From: Octopus bimaculoides
Lineage: Eukaryota
DNA length: 64,000 nucleotides
Assembly (NCBI RefSeq): GCF_001194135.2
Contig: NC_068991.1
Span: 43,755,639-43,819,638, forward strand
Direction of reading: 5' to 3'
The notes under the pieces are model-generated. The model saw nothing but the letters and a program-made list of their open reading frames with translations, was not told where the DNA came from and made no database searches. Shown piece after piece: positions 50,336 through 63,199 of the stretch. Within the stretch, counting starts at the first letter, position 1. Every line of letters starts with the position of its first letter. The translations under genes and the position numbers were made by a program.

Positions 50336-51089
50336 AGAGAACTGATGTTTTGAGAAAATGGCTTCATCAGAAAGAAATATTTAAAAGTATTTATGGTGGC
50401 ATTGAGCATATAGACTTATTCAAAGCTACAATAAACATGCTAATTTATTAGTCTCCAAACATCAACGTTTGTGAATTTAATCATTCTTTCATCAAGTGTT
50501 AACATCATTAACAATACGCTGTTTTTATATTAAGCCTAAATATTAACTAAACTAATCTTATTCAGACACACTAGGTTTTTGATTTAAGTATTACCTCCTA
50601 AAAGCTATGTACAATGTCCTTTCTCCACAATATATGATAATTGTTGTTGCAACATTCATGCCAGCTTGAATACCATTCAACTTAGTTTGAGACTAAGTCA
50701 TGATACTCTTGGTGATAATCCAAACATGATGATTTGGAAAGAAGGAAGTTTAAATCAACTTTTTCCATACTTGAAACTGGAACAATTGTAAACTATTAAA
50801 TAGCTTGTTAATAACATAGAACATTATCAGTAAACTGGTTTTAAATGAAAAAGAAAATTTTCTGAACTTGGAAGAATTACAAAAACAGTTTATTTTAAGG
50901 AAAGTTTTGACAGCTGTATTTAGCATGTCAAGTGAATATGATATTGTCCTAACATGTAAGACTTGGTAGCTCTACAATTAAAAACTAAAATTTTGTTAAA
51001 ATCAAAATTTCACTGCAAGGCATGCAACTTATACAGATTTCTGACTGGCTGAAACAAAAGTATAGCATTTTTAAAGCATGGATGCTTAC

Positions 51090-51248
51090 CTGTTTTTTCA
51101 ACCACTGTGAAAGTGAGGTTGTCATTGAAGCATATATATCAAGAGATTTGGACGGATTCTGCTTTTCTATATAATAAGCTATTCGCTGACCTAATATTTC
51201 CAGTAAGCTAGCACCAAGTTCTGGATCTAGATTCATTGTTAACAATAC
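51090..51248 (-). CDS. RAB3GAP2: RAB3GAP2 coding exon (159 nt)
   Basis: ctag|VLLTMNLDPELGASLLEILGQRIAYY...SLSQWLKKQ|GTAAGC; aligns by recall to human ...LASQLLVLTGQRLAH...LCTWLKAM. Confidence 0.92.
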
Positions 51249-51496
51249 CTAGAGAACACAAGAACAAATAGAGATCAGCCTAAAATATGATTGCAAAGAA
51301 AACAATGTCATAATAAAGATAGCTTAGAATTAATTTTTTAAAATATTTTTTAAACATTTCTTTTTATTCCAGCAATAATGGAACTACTGAACAAAAGACC
51401 CTGCTACCAGATGCAGTCTGAAGTTAGAGTAATGATGACATAACGATACCAGGACTGTGAAAGGTTTGACTAACAATTAGACGAGTTGAAACTTCA

Positions 51497-52585
51497 TCAT
51501 CATCGTCGTCGTTTAATGTCCACTTTCCATGCCGGCATGGGTTGGACGGTTTGACTGAGGGCTGGCAAGCCAGAAGGCTGTACCAGGTTCCAATCCGATC
51601 TGGCAAAGTTTTTGCAGCTGAATGCCCTTCCTAACGTCAACCACTCCCAGAGTGTAGTGGGTGCTTTGTACATGCCACCAGCACGAGACCAGTCAGCTGG
51701 AACTGGCAACAATCACGCTTGAATGGTGCTTTTAACGTGCCACCGGCACAGGACCAGTCAAGCAGCACTGGCATCAACCACACTTGAATGGTGTTTTTTA
51801 TGTGCCACCGGCATGGGTGCCAATCAGGCGGTACTGTCATCAGCCACAACAATTATTTCACTTGCCTCAACAGGTCTTCGCAAGTGCAGTTTATTGCCCA
51901 ATGATTGAAGGGTACTCTTAAATGGGCTGGTTATGCTGCACTGGCATAGGCCACAGTTACGGTCTCACTTGGCTTGCTGGGTCTTCTCAAGCACAGCATA
52001 TCTCCAAAGGTCTCGGTCACTTGTCATTACCTCGGTGAGGCCCAACGTTCAAAGGTTGTGCTTCACCACCTCATCCCAGGTCTTCCTGGGTTTACCTCTT
52101 TTACAGGTTCCCTCTACTGCTAGGGTGTGACACTTTTTCACACAACTGTCCTCATCTATATGCAACACATGACCATACCAGTGCAGTCATCTCTCTTGCA
52201 CACCACATCTGATGCTTCTTAAGTCCAACTTTTCTCTCAGGGCACTTACACTTTGTTGTGTATGCACACTGACATTACACATCCAGCGAAGCATACTGGC
52301 TTCATTCCTTGCAAGCTTACGCATGTCCTCAGCAGTCACGGCCTGTGTTTCACTGCCATGTAACATGGCTGTTCACACACATGCATCATACAGTCTGCCT
52401 TTCACTCTGTGAGAGGCCCTTTGTCACCAGCAGAGGTAGGAGCTCTCTGAACTTTGCCCAAGCTTTTCTTATTCTAGCAGCTACACTTTCAGAGCATCCA
52501 CACTGGTTATTGACTTGGTCACCTAGGTAACAGAAGCTATAAACTACCTGTAGTTTTTCTACAGAAGCTGTTTTCTGCACATTTT
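51497..52585 (-). mobile_element. RTE R1 C-terminal ORF2 plus 3' tail with ~60-bp tandem repeats
   Basis: AWAKFRELLPLL, RRLHWYGHV, GTCKRGKPRKTW; ends (GAT/GAC)n. Confidence 0.9.
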
Positions 52586-53049
52586 CTTAATTTAAAATAT
52601 GTAGTAGTCATACATAATGCTGGCACAAGTTGTGAATTTAGCAATAGAGACACTGGCTTATGTTTTCCATAAGCCAAACTCAGCTGATTATCTTACTCTT
52701 TTTAAACAGCTTTGTTTCCATTGCTTGTTCTTGTTTTCAGCAACTCACAATAGAGCTAGGTAATTTTAAATCTTCAAAATTACTGCTTTGCTTTTCAAAC
52801 TAAGTGTATCCAGGAATACATTATACAATGTGTCTTTACCTTTCTATAAGCTATAGGGTATGATTTGAAGGAGAGTTCCCACTTAAAAACTTCCTCATAT
52901 GCTTATACATGAACATGATGATAATGCAAATGTATGAAACCATTACAAAAAGTTGATTTCCTCAAAGAGAAAATGCCTCTGAAATACTTGTAACAATCTT
53001 CTTCAAGGGGTAAACTAAAGGCTGAACAAAATATTTGGTCACCACTCAC

Positions 53050-53310
53050 CTCTTCAGCAGTTTTGTCTAAACCTCTCAAATAAAGCTCTCGCACATGATA
53101 TATGCGCAACTGGTCAACATCTTCCTCAAATACTCTAGCAATCTCAATGATGAGGGACGGCCACTCTGCATGGCTTTCATTCCAAGGCACAAACGTCATC
53201 TGTGTTGATTCTGGCACTGATGCTGTCATAGAAGCAGACAAGCTATCTTGAGACTGTTTGTCCTTCTTGGAAAAATCCTCCACTGACTGACTTATCACTT
53301 TTTTATAGAA
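53050..53310 (-). CDS. RAB3GAP2: RAB3GAP2 coding exon (261 nt)
   Basis: ttcag|FYKKVISQSV...EWPSLIIEIARVFEEDVDQLRIYHVRELYLRGLDKTAEE|GTGAGT. Confidence 0.92.
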
Positions 53311-53858
53311 CTGAAATATAAATATGTATAAAGACATTTAAAATTATATTTTTTTTTGTTGAATTAAAATTGCTTCCTTCAAAAAATTTTCTAAATAGTA
53401 ATCAAGAATAAATCTTTCAACAGTTAGATTTTACAAAAAAAAAAAAAAAGAATTCTAAAGAGATTTTATTAAAAAAAATTTTTTTGATTATTCAAAGATT
53501 ATTTAAGTTTTGAGAAGATAAAAATGAAACAGAATGCTATATTATTTAAAACAGTCTGATTCAGCTCCATGAGACTTAAAATTTTGCAGGCTTCTAACAG
53601 AGACCTGGCTCATTAAAGCTTAGATTACTGAATGGAAGAACACAGGAAGTCCAAGATGGCTACTGGAAAATGGGCTGCTATTGGTCAAGGCAGGGCACAT
53701 GATGTTGTTAGAAGTACGAGGTAAGATCATCATTTCAACAACACCAGATGGAAAAGAGAATTTCTTGGACCAAATGGCTGGACAGGAAGCTGGCAAGTGA
53801 GTGTACACTAGGTGTACAAGTACATGGATGTGCTAGTGGTTGTGTGTGTGTGTAAATA

Positions 53859-54810
53859 CAAGGTGTTTCAAAAAATTTGATATCATTTGAGATGTAAATA
53901 TCACAGAAACTACAGAGTCAAAGCAAATGAACCTCAACAGGCTTAATGTTGAGCAACATAAGATTTATTCCTCAAAATTTGAATGAGAAATTCAAAGGTT
54001 AGTGGATTCCATGAACAATTTCATGTCGCCAGTCACATTTCCCTCAATGAAAAATGAGCCATGAAGATGCTTCTTGGAGATGGCACAGAACACATTCACT
54101 TTTGGTGAGTCCCTCTCACACTCAACTGTGGCCTGGGGATTTTCTCTGCCCCAAATGAGAACATTATGGTTACTGACTTTGCCATTCGTATGAAATGTGG
54201 CCTCATCACTGAAAACAAGACATTCCTTGAACCCAGATTCTTCAAGTTTCTCTTGCATATCAACACAGAATTGTTTGTACTTTTGCTTGTCATTTGCTGT
54301 TATAACCTGAACGAGCTGCAGCTTGTAGGGTTTCATCAGCAAGTGTTTCCTCAGGACATGCCAAACTGTCGTTGGAGGAATTTGGGTTTCCAGACTTGTT
54401 CTTTTTATGGACTTCTTGAGGCTTCGCAAGAGTTTTTGGCGAACCCGCTCAACTATCTCTTCCGATGTTAGAGGTCGTCCAGATCCTTTTGCCCTGCAGA
54501 CAGCTTTCCTCTTTGAATTTTTTGTGCCATGTCCAAATCTGCATTGCCGTTGGTGACTTTTTAGAGAACTCTCTCACAAATGCACACTGCACAGTCTTGT
54601 TCGACTGTGTTTGAGCATACTCCAACACACAAAACGCCTTTTCTCTTCTAGTGAATGCCATTTCTATACCTGAAGAGATAAACATATCAAACATTAAACA
54701 TAAAACTTTGACCTGTTTCTACACATGCTGTTAAAATTTGAAGTCATTTGAACACGAACTGGCAAAGTTATAAGATTGCGAAATGATATCAAATTTTTTG
54801 AAACACCTTC
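53859..54810 (-). mobile_element. Tc1/mariner (DD37D/maT-like) transposon, internally deleted, both TIRs present
   Basis: 29-bp TIR aaggtgtttcaaaaaatttgatatcattt at both ends with TA flanks. Frameshifted transposase MAFTRREKAFCVLEY...KPYKLQLVQ...VFSDEATFH...WG.ENP...SPKVNVFCA, truncated before the later catalytic Asp residues. Confidence 0.92.
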
Positions 54811-54882
54811 TACNNNNNNNNNNATATATATATATACATATATACACACACACACATGTAAAAGAAAAGAAATTTAACTTAC

Positions 54883-54972
54883 TTTATTCCTCTCTGCAAG
54901 GATGTTAGCATCTTTGAGTTTAGTGGGTAGAGCAGGATGGGTATGCAAATCTTTGAAGAAAGAGTTCTGTCC
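54883..54972 (-). CDS. RAB3GAP2: RAB3GAP2 coding exon (90 nt)
   Basis: tttcag|GQNSFFKDLHTHPALPTKLKDANILAERNK|GTAAGT; matches human GKNAFFKDL... Not in the ORF track. Confidence 0.92.
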
Positions 54973-55159
54973 CTGAAAGTTGAAGATAGTGAAAATGAAA
55001 ATAAACAAATCAATGAATCTATTACCTGCACCACCACTACCATCATTATCAATATAATTATTATCATACCATTTTTGTAATTACTGTCACTACTTTCAAT
55101 ATTGTCAGTGCCACTATCAACATTATTCAAGTCGTTAAATTAATATTAATATATTTAGA

Positions 55160-55360
55160 AAGTGGCAAGCTGGCAGAATCGTTAGCACACCAGGCAAATT
55201 GTTTAGTGGCATGTTTACGTTCTGAGTTCATATTCTGTCAACGTCAACTTTGCCTTTCGTCCTTTCAGGCTGATAAAATAAATACCAGTTGAGCACTGGG
55301 GTTATGTAATTGACTTAGCCCCTCTTTTGAAATAACTGGCCTTGAGCCAAAATTTGAAAC
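55160..55360 (+). mobile_element. SINE family D with a Nin/Deu-like central domain
   Basis: gtcaactttgcctttcgtcctttcaggctgataaaataaatacc resembles the DeuSINE/Nin core. Confidence 0.6.
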
Positions 55361-56702
55361 TATCATTAATATATTTAATGCATGCTGTGTTAAATAGCTA
55401 ACAAGAAATATATATGCAGTAAGAAAAAAAAAAACAATAACTATTAGTGACTAATATCTTTTACATTTCCAACATTAATATAATATTAGTAAATGGCTAA
55501 TATTTTTTTTCTCACTGTATATTTATTTCTAGTTACCTATCTAATTCTCCTGTATTAAATATGTTAACTGCAACATAGCTATTGTCATTCATGTGGATGG
55601 AATCTCAGAATTAGTTCTTCTCATAACAACATTACTGTTGACATAAAATAATAATAAAAACGAGCTTATTGTATTTAGTGTTCAGGTGTATTACAACTTG
55701 CTGGAAAAAAGCAAAAGAAGAGACATAAAGAAGCAATAAATCATGTAAAGAAAGACAGCAATGATAGTCAAAGATGCATGTACAAAACACAGAATAAAAA
55801 GGACAGAAAAAATAAAAATAAAAGAGCCATAAAGAGAACAGAGCACATATGTACATAAGAGTAGTTTTGGCAAATTTAAGGAATTTGGGGGTAATTTATT
55901 CCATGCTTTGACATCATAGATAATATCACCACCATCACTCTCATCAAATCACTTGTTACAATGTGTGTATATATATATATATCTCAAGTGAAAGGGTTGG
56001 TAATTGAGAAAAATAGTTTACATGAAGACATGAGCAAAAAAGTTCATTTCACAATCACTGTGTCTCCTGGGGTAAGTATTTTCTATCAAAGTTTCAAGTC
56101 AACCAAAGAGAAATTGGGCAAATGGATATAATACAAAAGCTCATTAGATGGACAGTACTTTTTCTTAGGTGAAGAAATTTAACCCTTTAGCATTCAGAAT
56201 TGTTTGTCAAATGTATTGTTTATTTATTCACATTGTTTTGAATTAATCATGCATTATTTTGTAGCTTCAAGATTTCAATGGTGTGTTTGTATATTTTTAG
56301 AATTATATTGTAGGGCAGGTGTGAGAAGTTGGATTTGGTCAGTTTTAACATGTAAAATATTTGGGCTGGATATAGCCAGATTAAATACTAAAGGTTAATC
56401 TGTTACCTAGTTTAAGACTAATACCTGGCCCTCTGTTGCAAGTATTCAGACATCTCCAGTCTCATGGTAACTCAATATCTCAGTATGCTGCTTCCAGTAA
56501 TTGCAACAATTCATGATTTGTGGTTTCTTTCTCCTTTATCCCCCGCCAATCTTAAAGGTCTCTGTAAAAGCCACGGATACAACTCTTCCTCTTCTGTTCA
56601 AGTCATTATAAATATTATCAGAAATGGTGAATGTGAAAAAGGACAACTAGATAATAAAACTAGGTGAACATATAAGCGAATATGTAACAGTAAGATACCA
56701 AC

Positions 56703-56915
56703 CTTGCAATCAAAAAGGGAGAGAACTTTGACAGATTTCAAACCAAATTTTAAGATGGCATACATAAACTGACAGAGCAGGTAATGGTGGAGTAATAAGC
56801 CATAATTTGTAGCTTTCTGATCTACTGCCAGCTCTACAAGGGAAGCTGGTCCACGAATAGTTTGCCAGAGGGGCTCAATATTAAAAACTGGTACTTCGTC
56901 TGCTTCACAATTTGC
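56703..56915 (-). CDS. RAB3GAP2: RAB3GAP2 coding exon (213 nt), the most 5' exon found in the window
   Basis: tttcag|ANCEADEVPVFNIEPLWQTIRGPASLVELAVDQK...LLCQFMYAILKFGLKSVKVLSLFDCK|GTTGGT; matches human ...GPISIVELALEQK...KPLSLFDSK. Confidence 0.92.
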
Positions 56916-57399
56916 CTGAAATGGAGAGGGAATTAAAGACATAAAATGTCATACATAATTTAATATTGATCAGTTTAGGTGTTTATCTCCTGTTAGTTAT
57001 TGATTTACGTTTATTTTGCATTCAGAATTGCTGTAACATCTCACATTCTTACAAATTTTGCATGTGCACAAAGTCACTTCAGCTGGACTTGATTTCACAC
57101 ATGTTTATTATAATATTCTAGAATTCGTAGATAGTTATTCATAAAAAGTCCTTATCTGAGACAGAAATTGCCAATTGACATTTTACTGTTTATAACAATG
57201 TATTGTTCTCAGTGTGAAACTATAGTTACTAATAATTTATTAATTTTCATGCAGGAACAGTTTTGTAGTTAAGAAGTGTCTTCTATAATAACTTTGGGCA
57301 AACCAAAGCCTTGTGAGTGGATTTGGTAGATGGAAAATGAAAGAAAGCCCGTTGTGTGTAAATGTGTGAGTGTATATGTAAATGCGTGTGTTGACATTT

Positions 57400-57612
57400 A
57401 CACAATAGTTGTAAACGAGTGTCACCATCATACAGGCAGTGTCATTTGTTTCTAATTTTCCATAAAACACGTCTGGCCATAGGGAAATATCTTGCTTGAA
57501 ATCTGGTAAGAGTTGGCAACAGGACAGGCATCTGGCTGAAGAAAATCTGCCATAATAAATTTTGTCTGATCCATGCAAGCATGGAAAAGTAGATGTTAAA
57601 ATGATGATGATA
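57400..57612 (+). mobile_element. B2 RTE-tail-like repeat
   Basis: Reverse complement of 43825-44055; ends (GAT)n. Confidence 0.7.
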
Positions 57613-58394
57613 AACAATTTCAAAACAAAATGAAATTTTTGCTACTTCTTGTATGAATGGATGACAAAAGGAAACATTACAATCTACATAGAGTTAACTG
57701 ATTAGATTTATGGAGAGAGAGAGAGTGTGTTGTTTGTGTGGGTGTGTGTCTAAATATGTGTGTATAAAAAATGCAAACAATATAAAAATAGAAAATACCA
57801 AAATGACAGACAGAAAAAACATTGTACAACATAGAATGGGATTTTTTAAATTTGGAATATCAGGTTTTAAATTCTATCTAAACCATGCAAATGTTAAAGA
57901 ATATATAAAAAATGTCTTTTTTTATTTTGTGTGTATGTGTATACACACACACACACATTCTCTTTTTATGGAATATTTAAAATATATATATATATGTGCA
58001 TTTTCAGGAAAGATAACGAAGAAATTACAGAAATCAAAAGTTCCATACATTACAGATCAAATACACAAGAAGTTAATATGTCTATTTATCCAAATGTACA
58101 CACATGTACATAATGTGTGTATAAATTATAAATATGGGGACCTTATATCTTTTTATATATGTGAAGAAACTTGTTATATGAAATATTCTATTTTTGCATG
58201 GGGATAGTAGTCAACTTGTTCTATTATTCACTCACTACCCATCTGGGATTTTTGTTTTGTTAAGAACATATCCCACTAGTTGAAATCATATCCTGTCTTA
58301 CATATACGATGCAAATATAAAACTGTTGTATATAGAGTAAATGGTTTCAGTTGTTAGCAAGTTGGAGATAATTTTTCTTACTGTGGTTTCTTTT

Positions 58395-58575
58395 TTTCAT
58401 GCCAGTGACATGTTAAAGGCACCCAGTACACTCTTTGAAGTGGTTGTCATTACGAAGGTCATCTATCTATAGAAACCAAGTCAAAACAGACTGGAGCTTG
58501 GTACAGCTCTCTAGCTTACCAGTTCCAGTTTAACCCATGCCAGCATGGAAAATGGATGCTAAATGATGATGATCT
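58395..58575 (+). mobile_element. RTE R1 3' tail (family B), diverged
   Basis: aacccatgccagcatggaaaatggatgctaaatgatgatga. Confidence 0.7.
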
Positions 58576-59864
58576 ATAAAAATAACTGCTTAGATGCCCT
58601 CACCACATAACATACATATTAGAAAGCCCTTCACACAGATACTGGTTTAGAGAACAGCAGAGATATGAAATATACAGAATCTAAGAACATACAAATAATG
58701 TAGTTGACAGTTTGAAGGTTGTTGCATTATGTTGTGCGATGTTTCATAAACTAATTCTGAACAGAGTAACAAATCTGGTGTGACACATCACATTTCATGA
58801 AGCAACAAGCCAATGAGGGAGGTTCTGTGAGACTTCACAACCTAATTGAAATTGAAACAAAATTGCCTTCACATTGCACTGTACCTCTTTAAAGAGAGAA
58901 GGACATATTGGATAATGTAGTTCCTAGATATACAAAAAGATACAATGTCACAAATGTGTGTTTGATCACAGACTTGTTTCATCAGACTTAGCTTAGGACA
59001 AAAACAACAAGAATAAATTTCTATGCATGAAACCTACAACTCGTGGCAATAGCAAATTATGTTGTCTATGCATTTCACAAGGATATTAATGGGGTAAATG
59101 ATTCCAACCCAGACTGCAGTGTACTCCTTCCCATTCTACAAAACTCGATGAACATCACAAGATTGCAAATAGCAAAAGGTTAAATAATCTGATTAAATTA
59201 CAAGCCCAAATTACATGAGAGCTGACTTTGTCTTTTACAGCTTCAGTGATAAAATGATAGAGAGAAGTGACAAACTTGCAAATTAAAAAAAAAAAAAAGT
59301 GGCAATTTCAGTACACACTAATTTCAGCCTGTACCAAAAATTGGCTGTAAAGCAGCATTGTCCAGATACAACTCTACTGTTTTATATGGTAGGCTGAGGG
59401 AAAAAATTCCATATAATTACTTCTTTCCTGTTGAAATTAATTTCTATGATTGATTGCCCCTTCTGATACCAACAACCCATTTGTTGTTCATTAACCCCCA
59501 ATTGACATTGACCAAGTAGACCTATGATCAAAATGCCAGTAATGATCTCCAAACACCACTTTTCAGTTCTGACTACATCATCCAATGTGTTCACTTTTTT
59601 TTTAGATGGCAGTGTAATTTGGCTGCTATTTCTAGCAGACCAAGTAACCACATAGAACTCCTCTCTAGGAATGGCATTTGTTTTCAGGTTAAGCAGATTA
59701 TGTGTAGGAATACAGTGAAGTGTTTAAGATAGTAAGAACACTGATTCAATTACAGAATTACAGAAATTGAAATTTAATAAATAACAACTGCATTAGAGTA
59801 GAGTCATCATAACAACTAGGATATGCAACACTCTTATATTCCCTTTTATTATAATCATTTTGTA

Positions 59865-59922
<58 letters not shown>

Positions 59923-59927
59923 TGTTG

Positions 59928-60329
59928 ACATCATAAGAGATTATAAACTTTTGAGAGAACATGGAATAATTTTTTGGGGAATTGGTTCTTGAAATACATA
60001 TAAAGCAAGTAAATATTGATTTGAAGAACCTTTTTGGAAAGAAAAAGTCAAAGGCTGCCTATGGGTCTTGAAACCACATCTCCTGAAAAAACAATAAGTA
60101 TTCTACCATTGTACTGAAGTAATCCTTTTAATTTTTCTATTGTATGTTGTTGGCATCTTAAGAATTATTGAATAGGATACATCTAGTGATTCCTTTACTT
60201 GTCTGCCTGAAACTTCCACTATCAAACCAGTGTATATTATAGTAACATAATCTTTATATGTACTTCGAGTACCAATTCCCAAAAAGAATTTTCCATGTTG
60301 TCTCAAAAGTTTATAAATTCTTATGATGT
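59928..60329. repeat. MITE-like segment with ~78-bp terminal inverted repeats
   Basis: 59928-60005 versus 60252-60329 reverse-complementary with about 10 differences. Confidence 0.75.
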
Positions 60330-60411
60330 ATGTATGTATGTATGTGTGTATACACACATACACACACAGAGGGACATCTTAAAAGTAAACAGACACCTCA
60401 TTTATATATAT

Positions 60412-61177
60412 CATCATCATCATCATCATCGTTTAACGTCCGCTTTCCATGCTAGCATGGATTGGACGATTTGACTGAGGACTGGTGAAACCGGATGGCA
60501 ACACCAGGCTCCAATCTAATTTGGCAGAGTTTCTACAGCTGGATGCCCTTCCTAACGCCAATCACTCAGAGAGTGTAGTGGGTGCTTTTATGTGTCACCC
60601 GCACGAAAACGGCTACGCTCGAAATGGTGTCTTTCATGTGCCACCCGCACAAGAGCCAGTCCANNNNNNNNNNNNNNNNNNNNNNNNNNNNNNNNNNNNN
60701 NNNNNNNNNNNNNNNNNNNNNNNNNNNNNNNNNNNNNNNNNNNNNNNNNNNNNNNNNNNNNNNNNNNNNNNNNNNNNNNNNNNNNNNNNNNNNNNNNNNN
60801 NNNNNNNNNNNNNNNNNNNNNNNNNNNNNNNNNNNNNNNNNNNNNNNNNNNNNNNNNNNNNNNNNNNNNNNNNNNNNNNNNNNNNNNNNNNNNNNNNNNN
60901 NNNGGCTTGCCGGGTCTTCTCACGCACAGCACATTTCCAAAGGTCTCGGTCAGTAGTCATCGCCTCGGTGAGGCCCAATGTTCGAAGGTCTTGCCTCACC
61001 ACCTCAGCCCAGGTCTTCCCGGGCCTACCTCTTCCACGGGTTCCCTCAACTGTCAGGGAGTGGCACTTTTTCACGCAGCTATCCTCATTCATTCTCACCA
61101 CATGTCCAAACCAGCGCAATCGTCTCTCTTGCACACCACAACTGATGCTTCTTATGTTCAGCTTTTCTCTCAAGATA

Positions 61178-61178
<1 letters not shown>
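60412..61178 (-). mobile_element. Young 5'-truncated RTE R1 copy (C-terminal ORF2 plus tail, with gap)
   Basis: Open frame QERRLRWFGHVVRMNEDSCVKKC...GRGRPGKTWAEVVRQDLRTLGLTEAMT. Confidence 0.92.
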
Positions 61179-61214
<36 letters not shown>

Positions 61215-61399
61215 ATTTTGGGATGGCCATTTTTTTTTTGCCAAATAAACACACACACTATACATTTGTTCTTCACTCGTTTATTACTGTTCTTATTCTA
61301 ACTCATGTCCATTGTCCTGAAGTCTTTTGTCACACATCTGTGACCTCCTCAATGGCACTTTCCATCTTTGTGTGTGCTCTTGCTCTGCTTATTCTCTCC

Positions 61400-61597
61400 T
61401 GACTGGCCTTCGTGCCGGTGGCACATAAAAGCACCCACTACACTCTTGGAGTGGTTGGTATTAGGAAGGGCATCCAGCTGTAGAAACTCTGCCAAATCAG
61501 ATTGGAGCCTGGTGTAGCCATCTGGTTCACCAGTCCTCAGTCAAATCGTCCAACCCATGCTAGCATGGAAAGCAGACGTTAAACGATGATGATGATA
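61400..61597 (+). mobile_element. Young RTE R1 3' tail
   Basis: Near-identical to 44100-44347. Confidence 0.88.
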
Positions 61598-62258
61598 TAT
61601 ATATATGTATAGATAGAATGAGGCGTGTCTATTTACTTTTGGAATGGCTACATATATATCCTTAAAGATGCATGTCTCTACAGTAAAATGCATCTTCTAT
61701 AGTTGCATTTGTCAACATTTGTATGTAGAAACATTCAAATGCTCCAATAAACATTTTGTAATAACATAATCTATTCAAGCTAACACTTTTAAAAATAGTT
61801 TTAAATTTCTTATAAGAAAGCTACTAAAAACAACATTAACTTTTATCTCCATCTGACCTATGCTAACCTATAAGCATTTTGTTTTATGAACCCCAAAGTA
61901 GCATTAAACAATTCTTATGTGCAAAGAGTTTTGGTTAGTAACAAGAAAAACTTCAACCAACATAAAGTATGACCCTGCATATGATACATCTGTTGACTCC
62001 TTTACATGCATATCTGACTGAACCCAAACTATAACAAACTTTCACTATCAAACCAGAATAACTGTCTCCTCAACCTTTCCCCCTCAATCCACACTCTACA
62101 AACATGTACTTTCCTCGTAACTTCTGTCAACCCTCTTCCTAAACAACTACTTCTCCTCTCTACTTACATAATACCTAATTCTCAATGACATTACTCCACC
62201 TACCAAAGCAATACCCTGTGAAAAATCTATATAAAGCAGAAAGACGAAAGTAAACCAT

Positions 62259-62320
62259 AGTCTGATGATGCGGGTAAGCTGAAATTTACACGAGAAACCA
62301 ATGGTAACTTTCTGACCAAC
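62259..62320 (+). ncRNA. Hammerhead-like (alternatively C/D-box-like) motif, copy 1
   Basis: AGT-CTGATGA-hairpin-GAAAC-CAATG-GTA-ACT-TTCTGACCA. Confidence 0.4.
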
Positions 62321-62816
62321 TATAACCAAAAAGCGCAGCAACTAAATAATCACAGGTCATCTTTTAGGATCTCAGAGAAGCACACTGTTATGTCTTTGGC
62401 CATCTACATATGGCATTTAAAAGAATAGGGAATGCCATACAGGATTAATGGAAGCTCCTAAAACAGCCTGGACCATACCTCAATGAGGAGTAGACAATGC
62501 AAGCAAGGATCCCCAGAAATTCATTTGATGAGGGAGCTTCTTGAATTCCAAAAGTGAAATGTTTAGTCAGTGCTCTCATGAGAGAAAATTTGTGTTGGAA
62601 ACATGGACTTAACTGCTTACTGACTAGTGATCTGAAATCATACATAAACTGACTCTTTTCAGACACAACTGGAAACATTCAAAGGGACAAAAGAAGATAA
62701 CTCTATCTCACTCAGAAAGGTTTGCACTTTAAAGAATTTCATTTCAGGGGTTTTTTTCACAACCTTGCTGACCAAGACTTTATTCTTACCTCTATTAGTA
62801 ACGAGGTTGTGTATCT

Positions 62817-62895
62817 CTGGGCAGTGGGTCTGATGAGTTACCTATATTGCTAAGAGCAATAACAGACATGAAACCAACAGTAACTTTCTGACCAG
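62817..62895 (+). ncRNA. Hammerhead-like (alternatively C/D-box-like) motif, copy 2
   Basis: CTGGGCAGTGGGT-CTGATGA-hairpin(TATTGCT/AGCAATA)-GAAAC-CAACA-GTA-ACTTTCTGACCAG. Confidence 0.45.
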
Positions 62896-62975
62896 CCATA
62901 ACTAATGACTATGTAAAATATTACTGCTCAAAAAACTTTTTTAGTGTTTTTTCCAGACTTATGAACTACTGACTG

Positions 62976-63015
<40 letters not shown>

Positions 63016-63164
63016 GAATGCATAGACACACGCTAATACACGACCCATGTTATATTCCCCATTCATGTTGCAACCACATCTGGGGAAAACTAGTCGGTAT
63101 ACAGCACTTACGCGGTATTACCTGTATCATTTGGGTCTGGTTGACTCCATTACCCTTCATAACC

Positions 63165-63198
<34 letters not shown>

Positions 63199-63199
63199 G

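Noticed and set aside
62168-62668. Two minus-strand exon-like segments (62479-62668 and 62168-62215)
   Set aside because: They have AG/GT borders but incompatible phases (joining gives a stop), and no match to the expected upstream RAB3GAP2 sequence.
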